DNA of 34,273 bases from UHGV virus genome UHGV-0115609; one strand, given 5' to 3'. The stretch's first letter is position 1. Each line of letters opens with the position of its first letter. Position numbers and translations under genes: made by a program. This DNA comes from a virus. Under the pieces are notes generated by a model, which was not told the DNA's origin, made no database searches, and was given only the letters and a program-made list of their open reading frames with translations. Below, piece by piece: positions 7,481-17,502 of this stretch.

Positions 7481-8584
7481 ATGAAAAATAGCTTTGACAG
7501 AGCACGCGCTGCGGAGAACACCTCAAAAGAGGCGATAGAGTATCTCGAAAGAGCATCTCAAATGCAGGCCGTTACGATCTCCCAGGTCAGCAATGACATG
7601 AGATTCTCGGACGCATTCATGTTATTCACTCGCTTATCTCTGCTGATAACCAGACGTCGGCCAGAGATCGCTGTTCATTGTATTTTGATACATGTTTTGC
7701 CGCACATTGCCGATGTAAAAGTAAGTGACATTAATAGGTTCATGGTGAACCAACTGGTCAACCCACTAATACTGGATGGCAAAATTGTTATGGGTCGCCG
7801 CGTTTTCTCTCTGATGAAGCAGTTCCTTAGCTGGTGCGCCTTCCAGGGGATGATAGACGTGTCACCGTTAAACGATATGTCACTTAACAAAGTTGCCGGT
7901 GGCGCAAAGCCCACACCTCGCGAGCGGAAGCTGACCGACGCAGAGGTATGGGTGTTCTGGAATATATGGGACTACTTCAATGTGTGTGCTGGTACAAAAT
8001 GGGCGGCCAGGCTATGTCTTGTATCCGCAAGACGACCTGACGAAGTACTGCGTGCTAAAAAAAGTGAGTTCAATCTTAAGCGTGGGGTTTGGAATCAAGG
8101 CAAGAGGAACAAATCTGCCCGTGAGCATTCTCTGCCTTTAAGCTCATTAATGCGCACTTGTATTGAAGAGTTGTTCGAATATGGTAAAGACAGCCAGTGG
8201 CTCGTGCCTTCGAATAAAAAAATCGGGAAAGACCTTCCTATGTCTAAAGTGGCAATAGCCCAGGCATTACGTCGTATTCTGGAACGACCAGAACTGATGG
8301 AGCTTGAGCCATTTACACCCCGAGATTTGCGCCGTACTGCGCGTAGTTACTTCCCAGCATTAGGCATAAGCCAGGAGGTATCACGTAAAATCATGAACCA
8401 CAGTCTTGAGGGGATAGATCGGGTCTACGACCGGCACGATTATATGGACGAGATGCGAGACGCCTTAGAAAGTTTCTCGACGTACATCGCATCAATCGTA
8501 GAGCAACCGGATTTAGACGAAATTGACCACAAATTTAAGGGAGATCGTCTATCAACAGAGCTTATTCGTGTAAATTTTTCATAG
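7481..8584 (+). CDS. Tyrosine site-specific recombinase (phage integrase family)
   Basis: C-terminal catalytic region with the conserved pattern: TPRDLRRTARSY (box I Arg), IMNHSLEGIDRVYDRHDY (His-x-x-Arg and Tyr nucleophile); size 367 aa. Confidence 0.8.
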   Translation: MKNSFDRARAAENTSKEAIEYLERASQMQAVTISQVSNDMRFSDAFMLFTRLSLLITRRRPEIAVHCILIHVLPHIADVKVSDINRFMVNQLVNPLILDGKIVMGRRVFSLMKQFLSWCAFQGMIDVSPLNDMSLNKVAGGAKPTPRERKLTDAEVWVFWNIWDYFNVCAGTKWAARLCLVSARRPDEVLRAKKSEFNLKRGVWNQGKRNKSAREHSLPLSSLMRTCIEELFEYGKDSQWLVPSNKKIGKDLPMSKVAIAQALRRILERPELMELEPFTPRDLRRTARSYFPALGISQEVSRKIMNHSLEGIDRVYDRHDYMDEMRDALESFSTYIASIVEQPDLDEIDHKFKGDRLSTELIRVNFS

Positions 8585-8965
8585 AGACTTTATGGCCTCA
8601 ACAACCTTTTGTGATGCGCCTTTCTCTTTACCGAATCGCTCGTTATATGCAGCAAGAACCTGTTTTTCGTCCTCGTTAAGAGGAGCAGTGCCTTCTTTGT
8701 ATAAAAATGCTGCGAGTTCGGGTTGGCGTTCTTCCAGCACCATCATCATAAGACGACTTGGCTCAATACCCAGTGCCAGCGCCAGCGGACGAACCTTATC
8801 GATAGGCAAAGGAATTTTGCCGCTTTTAATTAAAGAAAGGTTGTTGGCGTTTTTATACCCAATTGTTTTGGCTATCTGGGCCTGGCTCATAGGTGAGGAT
8901 TCAATCAACCCTGCGATAAAAGCAGCGTAGCGACTTTCTATAAATTCAATCTTGTTATCAGACAT
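8579..8965 (-). CDS. HTH (XRE/Cro-CI-type) transcriptional regulator
   Basis: Helix-turn-helix signature MSQAQIAKTIGYKNANNLSLIKSGK; convergent with the recombinase gene and divergent from the ORF at 9217 across an AT-rich intergenic region. Confidence 0.7.
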   Translation of the reverse strand: MSDNKIEFIESRYAAFIAGLIESSPMSQAQIAKTIGYKNANNLSLIKSGKIPLPIDKVRPLALALGIEPSRLMMMVLEERQPELAAFLYKEGTAPLNEDEKQVLAAYNERFGKEKGASQKVVEAIKSL

Positions 8966-9216
8966 GGTTACAACCTTTGCGCGTTCAATTCTCTCTGGTA
9001 AGTGCTTACCGATATTACATCAAAGGTTAGGGTTGTAAAGCTATTATCATTTTTTTCGATAGGCACTTAAAAGACCGGTTAAAGGCCATTGCACGGAGAA
9101 AAATTAGCCAAAAATAGGTAAGAAAATCAACTTGCATATGATATGAATGTATTCAGTATTGATACAAATTTTAGTAGTATTCCTTACCATAGTATAAGTT
9201 AGAATGGACTGATTGA

Positions 9217-9429
9217 ATGAACACCACTATTTCCAGCCTAATCGCTCTTGAGATCGGACACGTACAGAAATTAGTTGATGAGTGTGTAGCTGACATCCTC
9301 ACCGATCTACCGAATGAGCAGATTCAGGTTGGTGTGAATGACACAACTGGATTTATATTCGAACTTAACAACAAACGCTTCACGCTTCTCAATACCGGCT
9401 CCGGGTCTTTAGCCGTCAGAATCTGTTAA
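9217..9429 (+). CDS. Hypothetical small protein (70 aa)
   Basis: ORF divergent from the HTH regulator; followed by the inverted repeat CTGCGCGAA...TTCGCGCAG (9442-9475). Confidence 0.45.
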   Translation: MNTTISSLIALEIGHVQKLVDECVADILTDLPNEQIQVGVNDTTGFIFELNNKRFTLLNTGSGSLAVRIC

Positions 9430-9527
9430 CCCCTCTTCTCCCTGCGCGAATGGCTTAGTTCCCTGTTCGCGCAGTGCTACATTAAACACACTAGTAAATA
9501 ATTTGTTTTCATAACAAAGGATTAGCC

Positions 9528-11636
9528 ATGTCTAAAAAACGTTCCATCAAAGAGGTTCAGGACTTCCGTGACAGTGTAAAACGAGTAGTCGCTCTCCTTT
9601 CAGGTAAAAACATCCCTGTTGCAGAACGAGGGGACGACGCTTATGTACGCTATAACGATGATGGAGAGCCAATTCTCGTAAACATCCCATCAATCCCGGA
9701 TAACGCAACACCGGCATTGATGAATGCTGTGCGCGGATTTCTCGATCATGAGGTTGCTCACATTTTGTTTACCGATATTCGTGTGTCCAACAAAATGAGA
9801 GAAAAAGGACGCGTTCCTTCCTGGTCGCTATGGAATGCCTTAGAAGACGTGTTCATCGAGCGAAAAATGGGTCAGGTCTTTAACGGAACAAGACGTAATC
9901 TGATGGCAACTCAGCGCCTTATAATCGAAAAAGTCTTTAAACCAAAGGCTTCAGAGGCTATTGCTTATTGTGGCAAAGATCAGCGCGCGCTTTTTCTAAA
10001 CTTCTTTCTCTGTCCGGTTGTAAGAGCCTGGGATGGCCAAGCACCGTTCGTAGATTTCATGGATGAATACTGGCCTGTCATTGAGAAACCAATTTCATTA
10101 TTAAAAGAACATGGTATCGATGTGGCCGTGCGTAACATGTCTTGCACCGAGGATTGTGTAAAGGTGGCTGCGACCATAGCTAAGATCCTCAAAGACACTG
10201 AAAGTGAAAGCAAAGGTAAGGAGTCAGCTCCGGGAAAAACTTCCGATCCTTCTGACGCTGACCAGACGGATGCCTCTGGAGAAAACAATGAAGACAACGA
10301 AGATCATGAGACACCTTCATTGTTAGATAATCACAAATCTATCAAATCAGAATCACATAGTAAGCACAAACATGATAATAACAACAGTGATGATTCAGAT
10401 AATTCTGAATCATCAGAAACAATATTCGATGATACAGAAAATGATAAAGAGGTATCAGATTCTGATGCTTCTGATAACGCGGCGTCAGAATCATTAACCG
10501 CTGACCACGAAAAAAGAAAAACGACAGAAGACGGCTCTTCAGATATCCCAACTCCGTCAAAAATGAGTCTGGAAGAGGCTTTAGAGGAGCTGGATAGCAT
10601 AGAAGATGAAGTCGGAGGCATGACAGAAGATGCTCTATCCGAAACGATTAAAAGCGAGTTAACAGAAAGCTCGAAAAGCGAATACAGGCCATACAATCGC
10701 TCATACGACTTCATCGGCTCGATTGATCAGGCAGAAGCCCATATCAAACGGCTTATTAAAACATTCTCCGATATTGATTTAGGAGGATGTCCAATCAGCC
10801 GCTATCGCATCGTTCCTGAAGGCAACCAGCTCTTCGACAAATATATTGAAAAGCATCTTTCGTCAGGTGTTTCGTCGACGCTGGCAAAAGACCTGGAGCG
10901 AGCAATAGCAAGCAGAAACAGAGTTCAGTTTATACCGGGCCAGCGTCGGGGGCGCATTCATGGTTCTAGTATCTACAGATTAGCAATGAATGATGATCGC
11001 GTGTTTCGTAAAAAAGAAGAATCTAAAGCCGTTAACGCCTGTGTTCAACAAGTGATTGATTTATCAGGTTCAATGAGGGGTATAACGATACAATTGGCTC
11101 TTGCAAGTGCATATACCATCGCCGATGCCCTTGATCGAATAAATGTTCCCAACATTATCACCGGCTTCACTACATTTGGTAGTCATATGGCGGCAGGAGA
11201 ACTTAAGGCTGTCAAGTATGAGTTCTCTCGCTTTGAATCTTTAATGCTACCTATCATCAAAAATTGGAATGAAAAGGTAAATTCTCGCGAAGTTCGCTCA
11301 CGTATGGGGTGCGTAGGCTACACATTCCCACTTCTTAATAACGTGGATGGTGAAAGCATAGCCAGCCTTGCATCGTTATTTTCCGGTCGCATGGAGGACA
11401 GGAAGATCATGCTTGTTCTGAGCGATGGCGAGCCGTGGGCTGTTGGGAGAGGTTTTGACGCTCATTTGCGTTCGGTTGCGAAGCAAATTGAAACGCAGAC
11501 TGACATTGATTTGATGGCAATTGGCATCATGACTGACGCACCGGAGAGATTTTACTCAAATCATGCCCTGGTAACGAGCGTTGATAGTCTTGGTTCATCT
11601 GTAGTTACTGAACTATCTCGTATCATTTTAAAGTGA
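9528..11636 (+). CDS. vWA-domain protein (CobT-like) with a long acidic Ser/Asp/Glu-rich low-complexity linker
   Basis: MIDAS-like motif VIDLSGSMRG in the C-terminal part; residues about 225-345 are low complexity (SDSDASDNAASES...). Immediately followed by a MoxR-type AAA+ ATPase gene, the usual partner. Confidence 0.7.
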   Translation: MSKKRSIKEVQDFRDSVKRVVALLSGKNIPVAERGDDAYVRYNDDGEPILVNIPSIPDNATPALMNAVRGFLDHEVAHILFTDIRVSNKMREKGRVPSWSLWNALEDVFIERKMGQVFNGTRRNLMATQRLIIEKVFKPKASEAIAYCGKDQRALFLNFFLCPVVRAWDGQAPFVDFMDEYWPVIEKPISLLKEHGIDVAVRNMSCTEDCVKVAATIAKILKDTESESKGKESAPGKTSDPSDADQTDASGENNEDNEDHETPSLLDNHKSIKSESHSKHKHDNNNSDDSDNSESSETIFDDTENDKEVSDSDASDNAASESLTADHEKRKTTEDGSSDIPTPSKMSLEEALEELDSIEDEVGGMTEDALSETIKSELTESSKSEYRPYNRSYDFIGSIDQAEAHIKRLIKTFSDIDLGGCPISRYRIVPEGNQLFDKYIEKHLSSGVSSTLAKDLERAIASRNRVQFIPGQRRGRIHGSSIYRLAMNDDRVFRKKEESKAVNACVQQVIDLSGSMRGITIQLALASAYTIADALDRINVPNIITGFTTFGSHMAAGELKAVKYEFSRFESLMLPIIKNWNEKVNSREVRSRMGCVGYTFPLLNNVDGESIASLASLFSGRMEDRKIMLVLSDGEPWAVGRGFDAHLRSVAKQIETQTDIDLMAIGIMTDAPERFYSNHALVTSVDSLGSSVVTELSRIILK

Positions 11637-11731
11637 ACAAAACAGCCTTAACGATAAGTAACCACTTACGATAGATAATGATATATTTATATAAGAAGTT
11701 GAACGCTCATTAGAAAACAAAGGAAAAACGC

Positions 11732-12967
11732 ATGACTACTACTGCACTGCAAAATGAAAAAAATCCTTCTGATTACCTTGTTTGCAAGTGGTGCGGAAAA
11801 TCATTTCACTATTTTAAGTCCCATGTAGCCAATGGTAATTGCGAGGGCATTCCTGAGTCAGTAAAAGATGCCGATCCTGACACCGTACTGAAAATGTACA
11901 CAACACAGTTTCCAGATGAGCCAACGCTATCGAAAAAGGCACTTGATGCAATTCAAGCTAAACGTGCCGAGCAAAAAAGCGAAATGGCCAAATCATCTGG
12001 CGTGACCAGTAGCCCAGGCTACACAGGCACAGTTGAGTACAAGACAGATCTGGTCGCAGCTCACGAACTGCTAAATGTAACGGTGAAAGAACTCGGAACA
12101 AAACGTGGGACGCCGCTCATGGTTAGCGTCAACGTCAATACGCCGTTTCCAGAGTTCGTTCCAGAAGTGAAGAAGGGCTACGTATATGGCGACTTCGAAC
12201 TGATCAAAGACATTTTCATGATGCTTGAACTTGGCATACCTGGCTATTTGTGGGGTCATGCAGGAACAGGCAAATCGTCATTGCCTACACAACTATGTGC
12301 TTTGCTCAATCGTCCGTTGATCCGTGCCCAACATACAGCATCAATGGAAGAGGCACATGTTACGGGGCAAATTCTGGCGCGTGATGGCTCTACGTATTTC
12401 GAGCCTGGCTTGCTTGCGCTCGCAATGAAGCATGGCTGGGTTTACCTCGCGGATGAATACGACTTTGCGTTTCCACAGATTCTTGGCGTGTATCAGCCAG
12501 TGCTGGAAGGTGAAGCGTTGGTCATCAAAGAGGCGACTCCAGAATGGCGTCGCATTACTCCGCATGAACGGTTTGCTTTCATTGGCACTGGCAACACGAA
12601 CGGATCTGGTGATGAAACCGGCTTGTACCAGGGTACAAACATCCAGAACGCCGCGAACTTTTCGCGTTTTGGCATCGTTTCGAATGTGAAATACATGAGC
12701 AAAGAGGCAGAGATCAACATGTTGATAAATGCCGGTATCGTGGATGAATACGCAGAAAAGATGGTTAAGTTTGCCGGTATCGTTCGCGATGGATACGAAG
12801 AACACCTTATCAGTCAGCCAATTGGCCCTCGTGAACTTTTGTTGTCGGCCAAGATTGGAATGATGCGAGGCGACTTTGTGACAGGTATTGAGCGTTCTTT
12901 CATTAACAAACTCCCTTCAGCTTCTGCACAAGCGGCTCGTGAAGTTGTTCAAAAAATATTTGGTTGA
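11732..12967 (+). CDS. AAA+ ATPase, MoxR/CobS-like
   Basis: Walker A GHAGTGKSS, Walker B-like VYLADEYD, sensor region FIGTGNTNG; paired with the upstream vWA gene. Confidence 0.8.
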   Translation: MTTTALQNEKNPSDYLVCKWCGKSFHYFKSHVANGNCEGIPESVKDADPDTVLKMYTTQFPDEPTLSKKALDAIQAKRAEQKSEMAKSSGVTSSPGYTGTVEYKTDLVAAHELLNVTVKELGTKRGTPLMVSVNVNTPFPEFVPEVKKGYVYGDFELIKDIFMMLELGIPGYLWGHAGTGKSSLPTQLCALLNRPLIRAQHTASMEEAHVTGQILARDGSTYFEPGLLALAMKHGWVYLADEYDFAFPQILGVYQPVLEGEALVIKEATPEWRRITPHERFAFIGTGNTNGSGDETGLYQGTNIQNAANFSRFGIVSNVKYMSKEAEINMLINAGIVDEYAEKMVKFAGIVRDGYEEHLISQPIGPRELLLSAKIGMMRGDFVTGIERSFINKLPSASAQAAREVVQKIFG

Positions 12968-13173
12968 TCGTGCGTAAAGGATGTTTCGGCTCTCTTATCG
13001 CTGCTTCTGAAACTGGTAAGGCTTGTCTGGTATGTCCAGACAAGACCGATTGTCACCAATCAGCAAAAGAAGTTGCGATTTCGATGTATGGGAAGTTCGT
13101 AGGCTTCCCCAATGACAAAATCAAAAAAACCATAAAGGTAAAAACACATGAAAGCACTGATGGTTCGAACTGA
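12964..13173 (+). CDS. Hypothetical small Cys-containing protein (69 aa)
   Basis: ORF overlapping the AAA+ stop and the dnaE start; weak evidence. Confidence 0.35.
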   Translation: MIVRKGCFGSLIAASETGKACLVCPDKTDCHQSAKEVAISMYGKFVGFPNDKIKKTIKVKTHESTDGSN

Positions 13174-16100
13174 CTTCTCACTTGGGGAGTCGGCTCTAAA
13201 AGCAGAAAACGCGGTGAAGATTGCCAGAGAAGCTGGCTACACCGCTGTAATTTCAGCAGATAGCATGAATATTGCGAGCGTTATTCCACTACAACGTGCC
13301 GCTGGTGACGACATGGCGGTTATTTGTGGTGTGAAACTAAACATCGTTGATGATCCCACATACGAGCACCGGGCTAAACTTGCTAAAGAGTCTAAGGGAT
13401 GTATGGAATCATTGGAGCGAGGACGTAACTACTCGTTTACCGCTCTAATTAAAAATGAGAAAGGATATCGCGACATCTGCGAACTAATGACGGTGGCCAA
13501 CACACGAGAACAGTTCTACTTTGTACCGCGTCTCTCGCTCGAACAGTTGGTTTCTACATATGCCAAAGGCAACATCATCCTGCTCACTTCCGACATCGGT
13601 AGCGTGTTCCAACGCAACGATTTTGCAAAAATCATAAGCTCACTGATTACAGCGGGCGGGAAAGACAACTTCTATAGCGTGGTTTATCCGCACCCTACCC
13701 CATTCTACGACCAGATTAACGTCCGAGCGATGAAAGTAGCCAGCGCATTGAAAATAGAGCCAGTGGCGTTCTATCCCGCTTATTACGAATCGATCGACGA
13801 TGCAGACATTAAAGACATTGCGCACATGGTTACGAACAACATAAAAATCGACCAGCCGCATCGTCTGCGTATCCCCCACCAGCGAGATAACGCCATCAAT
13901 GGTCGTCGCCATCTCCTTGAGGCGCTTAAAGCCTTCTCCGTTCGCATGGATGTGCCGGTAACAGCTGCAATGGCCTCAACAACGCAGGACTCCATTATCG
14001 ATGCCTGCACATGGCGCTGGCATGAATTGCCACCAGCACTGCCCAAGATGGCAGACGACGAACCTGCAACGCTGATGAAACTGGCTGTTGCAGGGCTGCG
14101 TAAACGTCTTACCACAAAAGAGTTTGGATACACACCACCTGCTTCTGAGAACAGGGTTTATGTTGAGCGGCTAAAGTACGAAATGGACACGCTGACTCGC
14201 CTGGGATTCTGTGGTTACTTCCTGATGGTACGCGATCTGATGAATCACAGCCGTGAAACTGGCATTCCTGTCGGGCCTGGTCGTGGTTCCTCTGCCGGTT
14301 CTCTGGTGGCGTGGTGCATAGGCATAACCAACGTCGACCCAATCCGTCACGGTCTTCTGTTTGAGCGTTTCATCAACCCTGAGCGTCTCGACTTGCCGGA
14401 TGCGGACTTGGACTTCAGCCAGGCACGTCGCCATGAGGTGATCGAGTATCTGAATGAACGCTACGGCGAAGATTACGTTGCAGGCATTCCGAACTTCACC
14501 TATCTGGGCGCGGCATCTGCACTACGTGACACCGCTCGTATTTATGGTGTGGAGTCCGCAGATATGGCGGTATCAAAAGAACTGAAGAACGTCGAGGATG
14601 ATAGCCTTCCATTGGAAGAGCTGCGCGAACAACTGGCAAGTCTCGACAAATACGCAACAAAATATCCTGATGCATTCAATGCAGCCTGCAAGTTACAAAG
14701 CCTTATGCGTGGCTTTGGTAGACATGCGGCAGGGATGATCGTAGCAGGTGTTCCTCTGACAGAACGTACACCGGTTGAGCGCCGTGGTGACGCGCGTTGT
14801 ATCGCATTTGACAAGCGTTACTGCGAGGCTATGGGCCTAATTAAGCTGGACGTGCTTGGCCTGGCAACGCTCGATCTTCTGGATAGCGCGAAACGCTACA
14901 TCAAAGAGAGTACCGGGGAAGACATCAATCTCGACGCTATCCCACTGGACGATCGCAAGGTTCTGGATGGGTTCGCTGCAGGGTACACGCAGGGCGTATT
15001 CCAGCTGGAGTCCGGCCCCATGCGTAAGTTGCTTAAAGATCTGGGCGGTGGCATCGAGCCAATGAGCTTCAAGACCGTTGTCGCCACGACCGCACTCTTC
15101 CGACCAGGCCCGATCCAATCCGGCATGTTGGACGACTATGTCTCCGTGGCCAAAGGCTTCATGGCTCCACATTCAATTCATCCGCGTCTTGAGGAAGTCA
15201 CCCGGGAGACTAATGGTGTTTTGCTCTATCAGGAACAAATCATGCAAAGTTCCCGAGTACTTGCCGGGTTCTCTATGGCCGAAGCAGACGCTCTGCGTTC
15301 CGCTATCGGTAAAAAGAACATGGATAAGATGAAAGCGATCGGCAGCGATTTTGTAGAACGAGCACAAGCAGGCTGGGTGACACTGTCACTCAAAAATGGA
15401 GGTACTGTAGAGGTTCACAAACACGCAAAACTGGATTGCTCAGACGGTAAGCGTAGAAGCTACAGCGAGGCTATTAGTGACGGCATAGACTACGTGGAGA
15501 TCGTCTCTGAACAAGAAGGTCTCAGTAAGGAAAAAGCCCAAGAAATATGGGACGCCTTTGAGAAGTTCGGTGGATATGCCTTCAACAAATCACACAGTGT
15601 TGCTTATTCTTTAATCAGTTATCAGTCTATGTGGCTAAAGACGCACTACCCTGCTGAGTTCTTCGCAGCTGCGCTCACCATTCTGGGCGAGGATAAGCAT
15701 CAGGGGCTGGTGAAGGATGCGCTGACCTATGGCATTCGCGTATTGCCACCAGACGTTAATGTGTCATCTAACCGAATTGAGATCCGCACACTCGAAGACG
15801 GCAGTCAGGCACTGTATGCGCCATTCTCTGCTGTGAAAGGCTGTTCTGAAAATGGTTGTCAGGCAATTATGCGTGCGCGTGAGAAAGTTGGTGGCAAATT
15901 CGAGTCAGTGGCACAATTCGATGAAGCGGTCGAGAAGCGTGCATGTAACAGTCGTGTACGCGAGTCGCTTCATAAAGTAGGGGCTTTTGCGTCAATTGAG
16001 CCAGGCAGTCTGCCAGCAACTGATCCTGAACGACTGCGCGACCAGGCTGAGCTGATGGGCAATCTCATCATTGACGCTGTTAAAGCATCACGTCCGTTCG

Positions 16101-16654
16101 AAATGAATCCTAAGCGTTCTGCCGAAATCAACGTACTCATGACACGTATGGCGGCTGAAATGGGCTTGGGTGAGGAGTTGATACGCCCGACTATTGGTAT
16201 TAAACCCAAAATCATGATCATTCTGGACAATGCGAACGGCAATGACGCTCGTACCGGCTACTTCATGGAGAACGGATACGACGACTTTAAGGCAAAACTA
16301 CTGACAGTTGGAGATCTGCGCATGGGCGATCTTTATGTCACGGGTGTTTGTAAGAAGGTTAAGGACAAAGAGAAAGACTATACCAAAGACGAGATAGGCC
16401 AGTTCACAGACTTTATGCGGGAAGAAATTAATCTTGTACGACCAACCTACATTTTGACGTGTGGTAGTCGTTCAACCGCACTATTTAACAATAAGAGTAA
16501 ACCATCAGATCTGATTGGTCGTAAGGAGTACTTCCCAGAGCTTGATGCAACCGTCTTCTACGGATTTAACCCGAATATCCTGTACTTCCGACCGGAAGAA
16601 GGAGAGCGACTGGAGGCCATTCTGGCTGATATCGCGGAGACAATAAATAAGTAA
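13148..16654 (+). CDS. dnaE: DNA polymerase III alpha subunit (DnaE-type, family C polymerase)
   Basis: 1168 aa. Highly characteristic region GFCGYFLMVRDLMNHSRETGIPVGPGRGSSAGSLVAWCIGITNVDPIRHGLLFERFINPERLDLPDADLDF (the PDxD catalytic region of Pol III alpha); the length matches bacterial DnaE. Confidence 0.95.
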   Translation: MKALMVRTDFSLGESALKAENAVKIAREAGYTAVISADSMNIASVIPLQRAAGDDMAVICGVKLNIVDDPTYEHRAKLAKESKGCMESLERGRNYSFTALIKNEKGYRDICELMTVANTREQFYFVPRLSLEQLVSTYAKGNIILLTSDIGSVFQRNDFAKIISSLITAGGKDNFYSVVYPHPTPFYDQINVRAMKVASALKIEPVAFYPAYYESIDDADIKDIAHMVTNNIKIDQPHRLRIPHQRDNAINGRRHLLEALKAFSVRMDVPVTAAMASTTQDSIIDACTWRWHELPPALPKMADDEPATLMKLAVAGLRKRLTTKEFGYTPPASENRVYVERLKYEMDTLTRLGFCGYFLMVRDLMNHSRETGIPVGPGRGSSAGSLVAWCIGITNVDPIRHGLLFERFINPERLDLPDADLDFSQARRHEVIEYLNERYGEDYVAGIPNFTYLGAASALRDTARIYGVESADMAVSKELKNVEDDSLPLEELREQLASLDKYATKYPDAFNAACKLQSLMRGFGRHAAGMIVAGVPLTERTPVERRGDARCIAFDKRYCEAMGLIKLDVLGLATLDLLDSAKRYIKESTGEDINLDAIPLDDRKVLDGFAAGYTQGVFQLESGPMRKLLKDLGGGIEPMSFKTVVATTALFRPGPIQSGMLDDYVSVAKGFMAPHSIHPRLEEVTRETNGVLLYQEQIMQSSRVLAGFSMAEADALRSAIGKKNMDKMKAIGSDFVERAQAGWVTLSLKNGGTVEVHKHAKLDCSDGKRRSYSEAISDGIDYVEIVSEQEGLSKEKAQEIWDAFEKFGGYAFNKSHSVAYSLISYQSMWLKTHYPAEFFAAALTILGEDKHQGLVKDALTYGIRVLPPDVNVSSNRIEIRTLEDGSQALYAPFSAVKGCSENGCQAIMRAREKVGGKFESVAQFDEAVEKRACNSRVRESLHKVGAFASIEPGSLPATDPERLRDQAELMGNLIIDAVKASRPFEMNPKRSAEINVLMTRMAAEMGLGEELIRPTIGIKPKIMIILDNANGNDARTGYFMENGYDDFKAKLLTVGDLRMGDLYVTGVCKKVKDKEKDYTKDEIGQFTDFMREEINLVRPTYILTCGSRSTALFNNKSKPSDLIGRKEYFPELDATVFYGFNPNILYFRPEEGERLEAILADIAETINK

Positions 16655-16658
16655 TAAA

Positions 16659-16686
16659 GAAAACCCGCCTGTTGGCGGGTTTATAA
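16659..16686. terminator. Bidirectional rho-independent terminator
   Basis: AAACCCGCC-TGTT-GGCGGGTTT flanked by A/T tracts, directly after the dnaE stop. Confidence 0.85.
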
Positions 16687-16957
16687 AGAATTATGGCGCT
16701 TGTTGAGGAAGTCACTCCTCTTACGCACTTTGTTTTGCCATGCCGGCAGTTAGCTTCTGCCTTTGACTATTCATGCGGCAACCCCGCATTTCGCCACAAT
16801 GGGCAATTCACTTTTATGGAATAAACTGGCCGTTGTGTCGATTTAATTAGCATGGCCTTACCATGCTAATTTATTCAACTTGTACAATCCTACAAATCTA
16901 TCCACTCAGGCTTACACCGTCTTCGTTATTGTAGAAATGAGGATCATCAGCGTTGAA

Positions 16958-17173
16958 TCAGCTTAGAGCAACGACATTTGCTGCTGCTGGGCCTTTAGCA
17001 CCATTCTCGATAGAGAATTCGACCTGCTGGCCTTCTTCCAAAGTGCGGAAATTATTACTCTGAATTGCCGAAAAATGTACAAAAACATCTTTACTGCCAT
17101 CAGCAGGAGAAATAAAGCCAAAGCCTTTATCAGAGTTAAACCATTTTACTAAACCAGTCATTTTATTAGACAT
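16958..17173 (-). CDS. Cold-shock protein, CspA family (71 aa)
   Basis: [38 protein letters not shown]... carries the RNP1/RNP2 motifs (KGFGFI, VFVHF) and is near-colinear with E. coli CspA. Start at ATG 17173 with RBS AAGAAGG; the longer ORF-track start is rejected. Confidence 0.9.
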   Translation of the reverse strand: MSNKMTGLVKWFNSDKGFGFISPADGSKDVFVHFSAIQSNNFRTLEEGQQVEFSIENGAKGPAAANVVALS

Positions 17174-17502
17174 AGATATTACCTTCTTAATTTTGTGAGC
17201 CACATAGTGCGGCGAGAATTTGATCTGTATAGATTGGGACTTACTTAGGCACTTAAGGAGGAGACTCACGAAGAAGGGAAATCAGAAGATAACACTGAAC
17301 TGAGACTGCTTTACTAAAACTGCTTACATAAGGTCTGTCTTGCAAACCAACGATGCTATTAACGCATACCCCTTCTTTTCATGCAACCTTTATTTTTCAA
17401 AGATAACTAATTTTTGTCACCATTGGTTTAGTAAACGTTAACGAACCAGACGATGCCAGACACCTTTACAGAGAACAGATGCCCGCCAATTGGCGGGCAT
17501 CA

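Noticed and set aside
13148-16654. Possible intein in DnaE
   Set aside because: The 1168-aa length matches bacterial DnaE and no Cys/Ser...HN-type insertion with endonuclease motifs was seen.
17174-17269. N-terminal extension of the cold-shock ORF (MSLLLKCL...)
   Set aside because: The CspA-like domain begins at the internal ATG 17173, which has a strong RBS; the extension lacks homology and an RBS.
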